NCBI GenBank assembly: GCA_016699465.1
Contig: CP064977.1
Span: forward strand, 269,668-333,667
Reading direction: 5' to 3'
Length of the DNA: 64,000 nucleotides
Source of the DNA: Candidatus Campbellbacteria bacterium
Lineage (GTDB): Bacteria; Patescibacteriota; Minisyncoccia; Phycocordibacterales; EsbW-18
In this document: positions 1 through 9,490 of the stretch, one piece after another
Layout: each line of letters starts with the position of its first letter
Position numbering within the stretch: the stretch's first letter is position 1
Made by a program: the position numbers and the translations under genes
Notes under the pieces: model-generated
Told to the model about the DNA's origin: nothing
The model's database searches: none
What the model saw: the letters and a program-made list of their open reading frames with translations, nothing else

Positions 1-1690
1 GAGATCAAGAAGAACTGCCCCCACACGATATGTCGAGGTTTCCGAAACGCCGTGGTACAACAACAACCATCCCGCTTTTGTTTTTATAGGTGGCGATGCA
101 ATGCCGACCTTTACCCCATCCCACATTCCTGGACGTGGCGCCAAAATTTGCACTCGATTTGGTAACCGTTCACCAATAACTGAAAGTGACTCAATAAAAT
201 CCGCAGATATCATGTTATCCATTCGATGAAATACAAGATATTTGTCATCAACTTTTTCTGGAAAAAGACATGCGTCTTTATCATCCACATTATCCAATGT
301 AATAATTTGTGGAGATGACCACGTCCATCGGTGTGCCAAAAAATCTGATTCTTGAATGTGGGTAATAGCAACAGCTGGTGGCTGTATCCCATTATACGCG
401 GTGTAACACATATACAACGTCTTTCCTATTTGTGTTATGCGAGGATCTTCACATCCAGAATTTCCACCAGGAACACCTTTGCGTTCAAAAGATTCTCGTG
501 GCACGTACACAGGATCTACAAGTCGTTCATCGATTGTTTCTCCATCTGCGCTCGATGCATACCCAACCACCGACGTATTATCATCACCCATGGCACGATA
601 CAGAATATGTGTTTTTCCTTTCAGTTGAATAGCGGCTGGATTAAATGTTGCCTTTTTCTCCCACGCATTTTGTGTTGGTGTAATAATAGGATTCGAATCA
701 AAACGAACAACTAATCGATCGGTCGCACCACGTTCAAGACTATCGAGGAGATGTTTTAGTTTTACTGTTGCCAAACAGCACGTCGTATCGGTCGCGCCAT
801 AATAAATATGGAGCAGTCCTTTTTTTACACACGCTCCAGACGGAAACACAATATTCATCACTTGCCCATATTTTTCGTACGTTTCTTCTGGCGTAATCAG
901 TGGACCCTGTGTGTGTCCAATAACTTTTCGCGGATCTTGTAAATCCAAAAGTGCCGCCTCAATCCCAAATACCATCTTATCTTCACCGTAATGTTGAATA
1001 TGAGAATAGATAAGCAGCCAACCCTTTGACGTTTTAATGGGCGGAGCACCAATCTCCGTGTGATCCCCACTCCTATGTGTCAATTCAATTCGTCGTGACT
1101 CGATATCTTCATTCCACTTTTCCCAATACTCAGGAGTCCACAATTCTTCGATGCTGTTACAGGTTGCAATAACTGTTTTTGCTGGAGGACTATCAGTGTG
1201 TGCAGAAAAAATAACTGCGTACTTTCCATTTATTTTTTCTGGAAACAGTGCCATCGCCTTTGCATTAAACGGCGTAACGAGATGTTTGTGTTCAATTGTT
1301 TTAAGATCTTTTGACGTCGCAACAGCAACACGAATACCTTCTGCTGAAAAAGGATATGTACTCAGTGCTGTATAAAAAATGTAATACGTATTTCCAATTT
1401 TTGTTACTCGAGGATCTTCACACCCAAATTTTTCCCAATCATACTCTGGCGTAATAAGTTGTTCTCGAGAAGAAAAATGTATTCCATCATGTCCCCGCGC
1501 AACACCGACAGTTGAAATATGTAAATGCTGACCTTCATAAAAAATCTTTTCAGACATAGCACGATACAATGCAACAGACGTCCCACGATATTCGGTCGGA
1601 CACCAATTAAACGTCGCAAAAGCCTCCCACGGATTGTGCTTAATGGGATTAATGATTGGATTGTGTGGTGAACGTTTAACAGTAAACATG
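1..1690 (-). CDS. Tandem-duplicated GH130-family glycoside phosphorylase (two beta-propeller GH130 domains fused; C-terminus runs off the window)
   Basis: My translation of the reverse complement from the ATG at 1690 down to nt 1 is uninterrupted (MFTVKRSPHNPIINP...GCEDPRVTKIGNTYY... then a second copy NPIITPTQNAWEKKATFNPAAI...GCEDPRITQIGKTLY...). It is missing from the ORF track only because it has no stop inside the window. Both halves resemble the adjacent 1696..2922 GH130 protein, including the GxEDPR motif. Confidence 0.75.
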
Positions 1691-1695
1691 AGAAT

Positions 1696-2922
1696 CTATC
1701 GTGAGGATTTATTTTTTCTTCGTGTAAGTTTTGACTTCTCTCCCGTCATGAGTTTTGCAAGAAATTTTTTTACATCAGCAACAGCAACACAGCATACCGT
1801 ATCCGCACCTCCATAGTATACAAACAGAAGTCCATCTTTGATAACCGCCCCGCTCGCATAAATAACCCCTGCTTTAAATCCTTCATTTTCATACCACTCA
1901 TCAGGCTCAAGAATCGGCTGAGACGAGCGATACAAGACTTTTTCAGGATCATTGAGGTCAAGAAGCATTGCGCCGAGTTTGTAGCGATTCGGATCATTTA
2001 CATCCATTGCGTGGTACAACACCAACCAACCATGCTCTGTCTTTATTGGCGATGGCCCAGCACCACGAATCCAGTTATCCCACGTTTTTCGACGCGCACC
2101 ACTCTTGTATGCACTTTTAATAAACTTTGTCCCATCGAATTCATCAAGAGAATCAACGTACGCAACAGATACCTCTGGAGCAATACTATGCAACACCGCA
2201 TGTTTACCATTAATTTTTTCTGGAAAGAGAAGCCAATTTTTGTGCACCTCATTCGGAGGAGAAATAAACACAGGTTTTTTCCATTTCCAAATACGATTAA
2301 GAAAATATGAGAGTTCAAGCCACGTCAGTGCAATACGAATAGAACTCCATCCATCAAAAGCTGTAAAGAGCATGTAGACACGATCACCAATAAGGGTAAT
2401 GCGCGGATCTTCTGAACCCCCACAAAATCCACCTCCGGATGAGTGTGGAATTTTGAACTCTGAGCGATCTCCCGCTGGTGTATTGCGATGAAAAAACGCT
2501 GGCTCAGGGTATCGTCCATCAACGGTAAAACCATCTGAACTATGGGCATATCCAACCATGGAAATATCACTACCACCAACAGCACGATACACGAGGTGTA
2601 CTTTTCCATCATGAAGAATCGCACTTGGATTAAACACCCACTTTGATTCCCAAAAATGTTGTGATGGGGCGATAATTGGATTTTGTGCGTGACGTATCAA
2701 CGTAAGCGGGTGTCCTTTTTTTGCATGTATAACCTTCGGTATGCGTTTCGTAGTGCGCTTTTTTGGTGCACGTTTTGTTATACGTTTTTTTGATACCGCA
2801 ACTCTTTTCTTCGGCGTTATTTTTTTCTTTACAACCACCCGGCGCTTAGACACTCGCGAGGCCACTTTTTTGATTGGCTTCGTTTTTTTCCTTGATAGTG
2901 TTTTTTTCTTACGTACGACCAT
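1696..2922 (-). CDS. GH130-family glycoside phosphorylase (mannoside phosphorylase-like) with ~75-aa lysine/arginine-rich N-terminal tail
   Basis: 408-aa ORF. The core (NPIIAPSQHFWESKWVFNPSAI...YRAVGG...GSEDPRI) is a GH130 fold. The N-terminus MVVRKKKTLSRKKTKPIKK...KRAPKKRTTKRIPK is a histone-H1-like basic repeat. Confidence 0.8.
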   Translation of the reverse strand: MVVRKKKTLSRKKTKPIKKVASRVSKRRVVVKKKITPKKRVAVSKKRITKRAPKKRTTKRIPKVIHAKKGHPLTLIRHAQNPIIAPSQHFWESKWVFNPSAILHDGKVHLVYRAVGGSDISMVGYAHSSDGFTVDGRYPEPAFFHRNTPAGDRSEFKIPHSSGGGFCGGSEDPRITLIGDRVYMLFTAFDGWSSIRIALTWLELSYFLNRIWKWKKPVFISPPNEVHKNWLLFPEKINGKHAVLHSIAPEVSVAYVDSLDEFDGTKFIKSAYKSGARRKTWDNWIRGAGPSPIKTEHGWLVLYHAMDVNDPNRYKLGAMLLDLNDPEKVLYRSSQPILEPDEWYENEGFKAGVIYASGAVIKDGLLFVYYGGADTVCCVAVADVKKFLAKLMTGEKSKLTRRKNKSSR

Positions 2923-3252
2923 ACTTGTCTTCTACACGAGTAATGTCATGTTCATCGAATGTCCCGTATGAAATCTCCAAACATTCAACATCATCGTTGG
3001 GTGCAGATATTCTGTGTTCCACGCCTGTATAAATTTCAAACTCATCTCCGCCATGTGCCTCTCGTATTTCATTTCCAATAGTAATGCGCGGCGTTCCAGA
3101 TAGTACGCGCCAGAATTCAGTACGCTGTGTATGATGTTGCAAACTAAGTTGTTCGCCACGATTAACGTGCAGAATTTTCACCGTTACTGGTTCACTGGTT
3201 GTAAATTGACGAAATGAACCCCACGGACGCTGTTCATCAAATGGTTTTTGCA
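2909..3252 (-). CDS. Cupin-domain protein, mannose-6-phosphate isomerase type II-like
   Basis: ORF 2909..3325 has cupin motifs (WGSF...ILHVNRGEQLSLQHHTQRTEFWRVLSG). I chose the internal ATG at 3252 (MQKPF...) to avoid a 41-nt overlap with the upstream gene. The 3325 start remains possible. Confidence 0.55.
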
Positions 3253-3284
3253 TGTACACAGTATACCTTTTTTCTTCAAAAATT

Positions 3285-4043
3285 TCAGGAAGTAATCCAC
3301 CCCCTAAGAAGATTCTTAGTATCATCCAATCCCGGGGCCTCTACAGAAACTGTTTGAACACCAAGAAACATCACCGATGCATCGTTACCACCAGGAAACA
3401 GGGCGTCTCCAACGTACAACATGTCCGATAGAGGAATACCGAGATACTGAGCGAGATGAGCAAGCCCCGTCGCTTTTGTAATTCCTTTTCGCGTTACATC
3501 GATCGATGTCGCACCACCCATACTCATTGAAAACTGTGGAAGAAGTGGTTCCATAACAACAAGCATTGCTTTTCGTTTTAAAAAATCTGGATCCCACTTC
3601 ATTTTAAATTCGAGAGGACCTTCACTTCCCAATGCTGAAAATGTTATTTGTGATCCCCTGTCTTCAACAAGTTCCCCTTTCGTGTGTTCTTCGTCTTTTT
3701 CAAAATGTGTTGCAATAAACGCCTGTTCAAATGCATCGTAAATAGATTTTTTTTCTTCTTCAGTTAATAGTTCTTGATATATCGGGGTCCATTCATGTGT
3801 ATATGTATACAATGCTGCACCATTTGTTGGAATGATAAAAATATTTTGTAGCTCTTCTAGAGTACATCTCAATTTATTAACCACCTGTTCAAGACACTGA
3901 GAAAGTGGCGCACCTGAAACTATTGCAACCTTTTTTTCTCGTATCAAGTGCAACAAGAGTTCGGCCATCTCCGTATCAATGGTTGTTTTTGATTCCGTGA
4001 GGGTCTGATCAATATCAAACGCGATGAGTTGTGCTGAGGGCAT
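3285..4043 (-). CDS. HAD-IIB hydrolase, phosphomannomutase (eukaryotic PMM/Sec53-type)-like
   Basis: FDIDQTLT HAD motif I, DxxGxD-like C-terminal motifs (YVGDALFPGGND), 252 aa. Confidence 0.6.
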   Translation of the reverse strand: MPSAQLIAFDIDQTLTESKTTIDTEMAELLLHLIREKKVAIVSGAPLSQCLEQVVNKLRCTLEELQNIFIIPTNGAALYTYTHEWTPIYQELLTEEEKKSIYDAFEQAFIATHFEKDEEHTKGELVEDRGSQITFSALGSEGPLEFKMKWDPDFLKRKAMLVVMEPLLPQFSMSMGGATSIDVTRKGITKATGLAHLAQYLGIPLSDMLYVGDALFPGGNDASVMFLGVQTVSVEAPGLDDTKNLLRGWITS

Positions 4044-4044
4044 A

Positions 4045-4560
4045 CTAATTTTTGTATTCTTCTAAAACTTTATTAAAAAATGTATATTTCTTTCTCATGT
4101 ATTCTTTAAAATCAATCATTCCGTACGGGAGTTTTGTTTGCTCATACTCGGTACACAGTTTTTTATTTTTTGACAATAACTCAAATATTTTTATTTGATC
4201 TTTAGTTGAATCAGAATCTTTATCAGTCATATATAGTTCCACATCAAAACCATCTCTTTGAAACTGCCATTTAACTGACTTAGTTATTCGCGAAGGAGCT
4301 CCGAAAAGGTTTTCCACAACATTTCGATACATATTAATTTCCGATGGAGTACAGAGTATTATGATGTCAATGTCATTTTGCCCAGCGATACCGAGGGCTG
4401 CAGCACCGCCAAAATGTAGCGGAAGGGTAGGTAAAACAGAGTGTAATTCCTCTATAATTTTATTTGCTACCTTTTGAACTTGAGGATCAAACGGCTTTAC
4501 TTCAATCATCTTTCCATTAGGGAGAGTTGACAGATAGTATTCTTGAGACTCTTTAATCAT
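4045..4560 (-). CDS. GrpB/UPF0157-family nucleotidyltransferase-fold protein
   Basis: LHFGGAAALGIAGQNDIDIII motif. The ORF-track N-terminus (to 4641) translates the repeat module, so I chose the ATG at 4560 (MIKESQEYY). Confidence 0.55.
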   Translation of the reverse strand: MIKESQEYYLSTLPNGKMIEVKPFDPQVQKVANKIIEELHSVLPTLPLHFGGAAALGIAGQNDIDIIILCTPSEINMYRNVVENLFGAPSRITKSVKWQFQRDGFDVELYMTDKDSDSTKDQIKIFELLSKNKKLCTEYEQTKLPYGMIDFKEYMRKKYTFFNKVLEEYKN

Positions 4561-4572
4561 AAATTGTTCCGG

Positions 4573-4698
4573 GATAGGGACTCGGTCACGAGTTACTAAG
4601 TATTTTACCCGCTTCGCGGTTAAAATCCTAAGTACTCGCAACCCCGCCTCAGAAAACAGTTTACTAAACTGTTTTCTTCCGGCTTTCGAGTCCCTATC
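4573..4698. repeat. tRNA-Gln-associated structured repeat module, copy A (12-bp closing stem GATAGGGACTCG/CGAGTCCCTATC; conserved cores GTCACGAGTTACTAAGTATTTTA and TAAAATCCTAAGTAYTC-CRACCCCGCCTC)
   Basis: Second copy at 61530..61645. The 5' end resembles the tRNA-Gln 3' end (AGGGACTCG) in reverse complement. Confidence 0.5.
4651..4677. terminator. Hairpin aaaacagtttactaaactgtttt (inside module A)
   Basis: Perfect 10-bp inverted repeat flanked by A/T runs. Confidence 0.4.
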
Positions 4699-4718
4699 TA
4701 CACTAGCAGACTAAATAT

Positions 4719-4747
4719 TAAAATAACTGGCACTGTGCCAGTTATTT
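4719..4747. terminator. Bidirectional hairpin aaaataactggcactgtgccagttatttt downstream of tRNA-Gln
   Basis: 11-bp stem with A-run and T-run on either side. Confidence 0.5.
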
Positions 4748-4756
4748 TAATATTTG

Positions 4757-4827
4757 TTGCCGGGCAGGGACTCGAACCCCGATACTCAGGACCAAAACCT
4801 GATGTCCTACCATTAGACGACCCGGCA
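4757..4827 (-). tRNA. tRNA-Gln (anticodon TTG)
   Basis: Cloverleaf built by hand: acceptor UGCCGGG/CCCGGCA, anticodon loop UUUUGGU, T-arm CGGGG-TTCGAGT-CCCTG, no encoded CCA. Confidence 0.85.
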
Positions 4828-4880
4828 ATACAACCACTAGCACCCATGCCAGCCAAAACACTATATCTTTTAAAACGCCT

Positions 4881-5948
4881 TTAGCCAAGCCCGCCCGCAG
4901 TGTTAGACATATGTGCATACGCACGACAACTTCGCTTCACTAGCGATGGCCCTTCAAAAATAAGTCCTGTCACCATTTGAATCATGTCCGCACCGGCATT
5001 GAATTTCTCTAAGGCACTTTCTGGAGACAGAACACCACCACACCCAAAAATGGTAAACCTTGTACCGAAGCGTTCTCGTGTCTTTCGGATAAGTCCGTTA
5101 GACAATTGTTCACACGGCTTTCCGCTTAGACCACCCGCGTATTTTTCTGGTGCCTCATCTCTGTGTGTCAAAGAATTGTACTCTTTATTGAGATTTCCTA
5201 TCACCACACCCGAGAAACCGAGTGTATCAATAATGGTAAGTAGTTCTTCAAACACATTCCACGGAAGATTAATGGGCATCTTCACGTACATTGGCTTTGA
5301 ATGCTTGACCGTTTTAAGTTCCGAGAGAAGAGATTTTAGGAGTGTTGGAGTTGTAAATGTTTCTCCACCAAACGCATTCGGACAGGAAATGTTTATCGTA
5401 TAGAAGTCGCCAACATTTTCAGCAACTAACCGTTCAAGTGAATACTTATAGTCTGCAATACCCTCTTCAATACTTGCTGCCTGTGCGTCATTAGTTCGTG
5501 CGATACTGATACCCACAACATATCCCTTTTCTCGTGGTTGCGACTTGAGTCGTTTGATAATTGCATCAACACCATCATTTCGAAGTCCTTTGTTAACTAA
5601 AATACTCTGCGAACGAATGAGGCGCGTTAGCCGTGGAGTTGGATTACCTGCCGAGGCCCGTGCAGTTACCGAACCAACTTCTTCCCCACTCATGCCAATT
5701 GATGACAAGATTCGCGTCAAACGACCATTGTAGTCAAAACCAGCACAGAGCAAAAATGGTGTTGTGTAGGTAATACCGTCTAGTGTCTTTGAAATAACAG
5801 ACCCTCTGTAGCCATACAAAAAACGAACCAGAGCACGACCGAAAGCTGCATGTCCCAACCACTCACCAAGGGCAACCATGAGGTCATGCGCCCTCTCTGG
5901 GTCGAGTTGAAAAAGTATCGGTTTTAAGAGTAGTTTGTAGAACGACAT
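4881..5948 (-). CDS. pyrD: Dihydroorotate dehydrogenase (quinone), class 2
   Basis: N-terminus MSFYKLLLKPILFQLDPERAHDL, TIM-barrel DHOD motifs, 355 aa. Confidence 0.9.
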   Translation of the reverse strand: MSFYKLLLKPILFQLDPERAHDLMVALGEWLGHAAFGRALVRFLYGYRGSVISKTLDGITYTTPFLLCAGFDYNGRLTRILSSIGMSGEEVGSVTARASAGNPTPRLTRLIRSQSILVNKGLRNDGVDAIIKRLKSQPREKGYVVGISIARTNDAQAASIEEGIADYKYSLERLVAENVGDFYTINISCPNAFGGETFTTPTLLKSLLSELKTVKHSKPMYVKMPINLPWNVFEELLTIIDTLGFSGVVIGNLNKEYNSLTHRDEAPEKYAGGLSGKPCEQLSNGLIRKTRERFGTRFTIFGCGGVLSPESALEKFNAGADMIQMVTGLIFEGPSLVKRSCRAYAHMSNTAGGLG

Positions 5949-5969
5949 ACCAGAAAAAACAAATTCGGA

Positions 5970-6599
5970 TTATTTTTTACTCCACTTTTGATCTTTTTTA
6001 TTTCTATCAACAAACCAAGAATCATTTTCATCAAACCACCATGAGTCTGGGTGTGTTGTGGCTAGTAGACGCCCAAGTTTTTTGCCCGCTTTTGTTTTCA
6101 AACGTTTTTGTGTCACAGCTATCCATTTTTTTGCCTTCACATTTCCTTTTATTTCTTCACCACGAAGTGTTGCCATCCACTCAAGTTGGTCTGCATCTTT
6201 TACCAATTGAGCCTCCAATGTTTTTCGTGCCTGTTCTTCTTCAAAAAGCTCTTGAATTTCAGCACCAAATGGCACACTATTGGCAATATCTTTCACTGCT
6301 TCAGGTTCAGCAAGTCTGCCGTATCGCTGGTGTACATAGTTGTGATCTGATGTACGCCCCTCTCCTATGTCATGAAATAAAGACATTAATACAATCTTTT
6401 CTCTATTTGCTTTCGGTTCAAAATAAGCCAGCGCGTATCCAATCATCGCTACATGAAAAAGGTGTTCCGCAACTGATTGTGAACCACTCCCTAAAAACCA
6501 AAAACCCGATCGAGGGGTCTGACTGTGAATATTTGTTTCATAAATAAAATCAACAGTCCTCTGATATACGTCTTTTTTATTCGTGGTCTTCTTTTTCAT
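5970..6599 (-). CDS. HD-domain phosphohydrolase (YfbR-like 5'-nucleotidase family)
   Basis: H...HD...D motifs (HLFHVAMIG, HDIGEGRTSDH, KDADQLE), 209 aa. Confidence 0.75.
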   Translation of the reverse strand: MKKKTTNKKDVYQRTVDFIYETNIHSQTPRSGFWFLGSGSQSVAEHLFHVAMIGYALAYFEPKANREKIVLMSLFHDIGEGRTSDHNYVHQRYGRLAEPEAVKDIANSVPFGAEIQELFEEEQARKTLEAQLVKDADQLEWMATLRGEEIKGNVKAKKWIAVTQKRLKTKAGKKLGRLLATTHPDSWWFDENDSWFVDRNKKDQKWSKK

Positions 6600-6617
6600 A
6601 GAAAAATTCTCTATCGA

Positions 6618-7649
6618 CTATTTTGTCGTCGAATCAATAATTGCAAGTTCAAGGGGTAAGTGTGGAAGATACGCTCGTGAGATAGCCGTGTGTACATCAA
6701 GAAATCGTGCGAGAGTTGTCGACGTAATACGTGCAGGTTGTGCAGTAGCATATTCGTGCAACAACGCCATGTCTGTTTCTGAAAATTCTTCACTAAACTG
6801 TTTCTTCATATCTGGAGCATAGCGGAGAAGTAAAATGGCACGAAGTTTTTCTAATACAAGTTTACTCATCACGTTCATATCAACACCTTCATGTGCTGCT
6901 GTATGTAACGCATCAAGCGCTCCTGTAGGATCTCCTGTGTGCAACGATGTCACCAGAGCATTCACATAAGTAGCGCGGGGAGCCGACGTGATAAGAGACA
7001 CCTCATCAACACCTACTTTTTTATCTGATGATGCATAAATAACTTTTTGCAAAATACCTGTCGCATCACGAAATGACCCTTCGGCAAGAAGTGCAATCAA
7101 ATCTCCTGCTGCATGCTCAAGGGTAAAACCTTCTTTTTTTGCAAGTGACACCACGTGTTCTTTCAGCATGTCACGTGTTGGTTGCTTAAAGGTGTGCACT
7201 TCACATCGAGAAATAATGGTATCCAAAATTTTGTGAAGCTCTGTCGTTGCGAGAATAAAAATAACGTGTGCAGGAGGTTCTTCGAGTGTTTTCAAAAGTG
7301 CATTAAACGCCTCTTTGGTAAGCATGTGAGCCTCGTCAATAATATATACCTTGTACGGTGAATGAAACGGCAACGTTGCAACCGCGTCACGTAGAGCTCG
7401 AGCATCATCAACACCACGATTACTTGCTGCATCAATTTCATACAAATCGGTGTCATGTGTACCCAAGGCACGCGCAAAAATACGCGCAACGGATGTTTTT
7501 CCTGTTCCCCGCCCGCCTGTAAAAAGATACGCATGTCCAACGTGGTGTTGTTCAAGAGCGCCTTGAAGCACCTTTACCACATGATCTTGACCACGGACCT
7601 CATCAAAGGCCTGCGGTCGGTATTTTCTGTACAACGCTACAGTATTCAT
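6618..7649 (-). CDS. dnaX: DNA polymerase III subunit gamma/tau (short form)
   Basis: YRPQAFDEVRGQ, Walker A GGRGTGKTS, DEAH. Confidence 0.9.
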   Translation of the reverse strand: MNTVALYRKYRPQAFDEVRGQDHVVKVLQGALEQHHVGHAYLFTGGRGTGKTSVARIFARALGTHDTDLYEIDAASNRGVDDARALRDAVATLPFHSPYKVYIIDEAHMLTKEAFNALLKTLEEPPAHVIFILATTELHKILDTIISRCEVHTFKQPTRDMLKEHVVSLAKKEGFTLEHAAGDLIALLAEGSFRDATGILQKVIYASSDKKVGVDEVSLITSAPRATYVNALVTSLHTGDPTGALDALHTAAHEGVDMNVMSKLVLEKLRAILLLRYAPDMKKQFSEEFSETDMALLHEYATAQPARITSTTLARFLDVHTAISRAYLPHLPLELAIIDSTTK

Positions 7650-8626
7650 ATGTATGAGTATATCACCTCAATCGCCTCACTGGCAGTTTTTGCATCCATA
7701 AGCTTGAGGAGTATTTTTTTGTCATATCCATCACCATGAAGGTACGATTTAAAATGCTTTTTCATGAGTGCAAAGGACTTTCGCTCCCCACATAATTCAT
7801 CAAAAAGTTTTGTATGCTCAGCGAGAACAGCAAGTCGCCCTTTGAGATCCGGACGAGGAATATCTGAGCCAAGCCATGGATTTCCAAAGACGGCTCGCCC
7901 AAACATCACACCATCACACCCATACGTAATAACTTTTTCATGTGCATCATCCATATCAACAACATCACCATTTCCGATGATAAGCGTGTCGTGTGAAGAA
8001 TCTTTTTCAAAATAATCTCGTAGTGCAATTGCGTGTGCAATCGTATCCCACCGTGCGGGAACTTTTGACATTTCTTTTTTTGTACGAGCATGAATAGTGA
8101 TTGCATCTACTTTTGTTTCAAGAAGTGTCGGCAGCCATGTTTCCAATTCATTTGTTGTATACCCAATGCGTGTCTTCACCGACACAGGAATGTCACCAGC
8201 ACCTTGTTTGAGTGCGTAAATTAATTCTTGTGCCAACTTCGGTTCTTTCATAAGTGCTGCACCTGCTCCTTGTTTGCATACGCCATCGTCAGGACAACCC
8301 ATGTTGATATCAACCCCATCAAATCCGAGTTCGCGTGCAAGTGCTCCAGCTTTTTCCATATACTCCGGCGTTGATGTAAAAAATTGTGCAACAACCGGGC
8401 GTTCACTTTCTGAATAGTCCAAATCATGAATAAGCGCGTCGTGTCCTCCTCGAAACAGTCCATCTGCAGAAACAAACTCGGTCCAGAGCACATCAAGTTT
8501 TCCATACTTTGCAATCATCCTCCGAAAGGCCGGATCGGTTACGTCCGCCATCGGAGCAAGGCAAAAAAATGGTTGTGGGAGTTTTTTCCAAAAAGACATC
8601 CCGTTAGAAATAGGACACGGACACAC
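7646..8626 (-). CDS. dus: tRNA-dihydrouridine synthase
   Basis: FCLAPMADVTDPAFR, FMN TIM-barrel motifs. The true start is probably the ATG at 8599 (MSFWKK). Confidence 0.9.
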   Translation of the reverse strand: MCPCPISNGMSFWKKLPQPFFCLAPMADVTDPAFRRMIAKYGKLDVLWTEFVSADGLFRGGHDALIHDLDYSESERPVVAQFFTSTPEYMEKAGALARELGFDGVDINMGCPDDGVCKQGAGAALMKEPKLAQELIYALKQGAGDIPVSVKTRIGYTTNELETWLPTLLETKVDAITIHARTKKEMSKVPARWDTIAHAIALRDYFEKDSSHDTLIIGNGDVVDMDDAHEKVITYGCDGVMFGRAVFGNPWLGSDIPRPDLKGRLAVLAEHTKLFDELCGERKSFALMKKHFKSYLHGDGYDKKILLKLMDAKTASEAIEVIYSYI

Positions 8627-8797
8627 ACTGCCCTTGTTCTAAGGTTATTATTTTTTTAAATAAACGACTTTGGTACATATGCCTACGTTATTCGTCCGTT
8701 ATTTCTAACGGGGACATGTGCATACCGTACCACTTGCATGCACAGGTCACAAGACGTACCATGCCCGCAGACGCAACTAGCCTAGGAGGAGTAAACC

Positions 8798-9112
8798 ATG
8801 GGTAACACGTGTCCACACTGCGGAGCACCAACAAGTGGCGATGGAAGGTATTACAACGCAAGAGATGCGGGATTCCGTGACGGATACAACCAAAAGACAC
8901 CCCCCGAGGAACGTCTCCACTCGAGAGATTACCTCGAGGGGTTCCGTGAGGGGTCGACTGTGCGAAGAACCCGCGAAGGTCGCGATAAGCCGCAAAGGAC
9001 CACTGTGGAACTCAGCCCGGAGCAGCGGAATGCCAGGGCAAACCAAGATGCCGCGGAAGCCGAGGAGCGTGCGAACTTTGTCTCTAGATACGGAAGAAGC
9101 ACCTTTCTGTAG
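8798..9112 (+). CDS. Hypothetical small Arg/Glu-rich protein with one CPHC motif, in a GC-rich island
   Basis: Strong SD (AGGAGGAG) 7 nt upstream of the ATG. Codon usage is GC-rich, unlike the neighbouring genes. Confidence 0.35.
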   Translation: MGNTCPHCGAPTSGDGRYYNARDAGFRDGYNQKTPPEERLHSRDYLEGFREGSTVRRTREGRDKPQRTTVELSPEQRNARANQDAAEAEERANFVSRYGRSTFL

Positions 9113-9292
9113 AAGGAGCGGGTTTGCACAGTGAGGCTGAACACACACGTGTGGGCAGCCTTTTCTTTTTGTGTGGACAACCAAAGCACTTGCAAAGAGT
9201 ACATTCAAGTGGTACAGTTTTTTTCGGAAGTACAATATGCGTTTTCCACACATGCACTACGTATGTGTGTAATTAAGGAGGCATTACCTAAA

Positions 9293-9448
9293 ATGCCCAG
9301 GAAACGCCGGGGAACGCGCAACAAGAAGAAGGTGAACGGGACTCCAGTCGAGAACGGCTTGATGAAGCCTCCCCAGGGAGGCCCGAAGCCGCAAGGTCTC
9401 AAGGTCCTCGCCAACGCGGGCACCCATCGCCCCCACCTCGCCTTCTAG
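9293..9448 (+). CDS. Hypothetical 51-aa basic peptide (MPRKRRGTRNKKKVNG...)
   Basis: Strong SD (TAAGGAGG) 8 nt upstream. An intrinsic terminator lies 14 nt after the stop. Confidence 0.3.
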   Translation: MPRKRRGTRNKKKVNGTPVENGLMKPPQGGPKPQGLKVLANAGTHRPHLAF

Positions 9449-9461
9449 GCAACCCCCCAAT

Positions 9462-9490
9462 CATCGGGCCCTCCACCAGAGGAGGGCCCT
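9462..9490 (+). terminator. Rho-independent terminator GGGCCCTCC-ACCAGA-GGAGGGCCC-TTTTCAATT
   Basis: Perfect 9-bp GC stem followed by a T-run on the + strand. Confidence 0.7.

Noticed and set aside
4561-4641. N-terminal extension of the GrpB ORF (MRVLRILTAKRVKYLVTRDRVPIPE)
   Set aside because: It translates the conserved repeat module. The same nucleotide sequence is non-coding at the second locus.
8777-9253. 158-aa minus-strand ORF across the GC-rich island
   Set aside because: It is antisense to the SD-led + strand ORFs. GC-rich DNA gives long spurious ORFs, and it has no RBS or terminator support.
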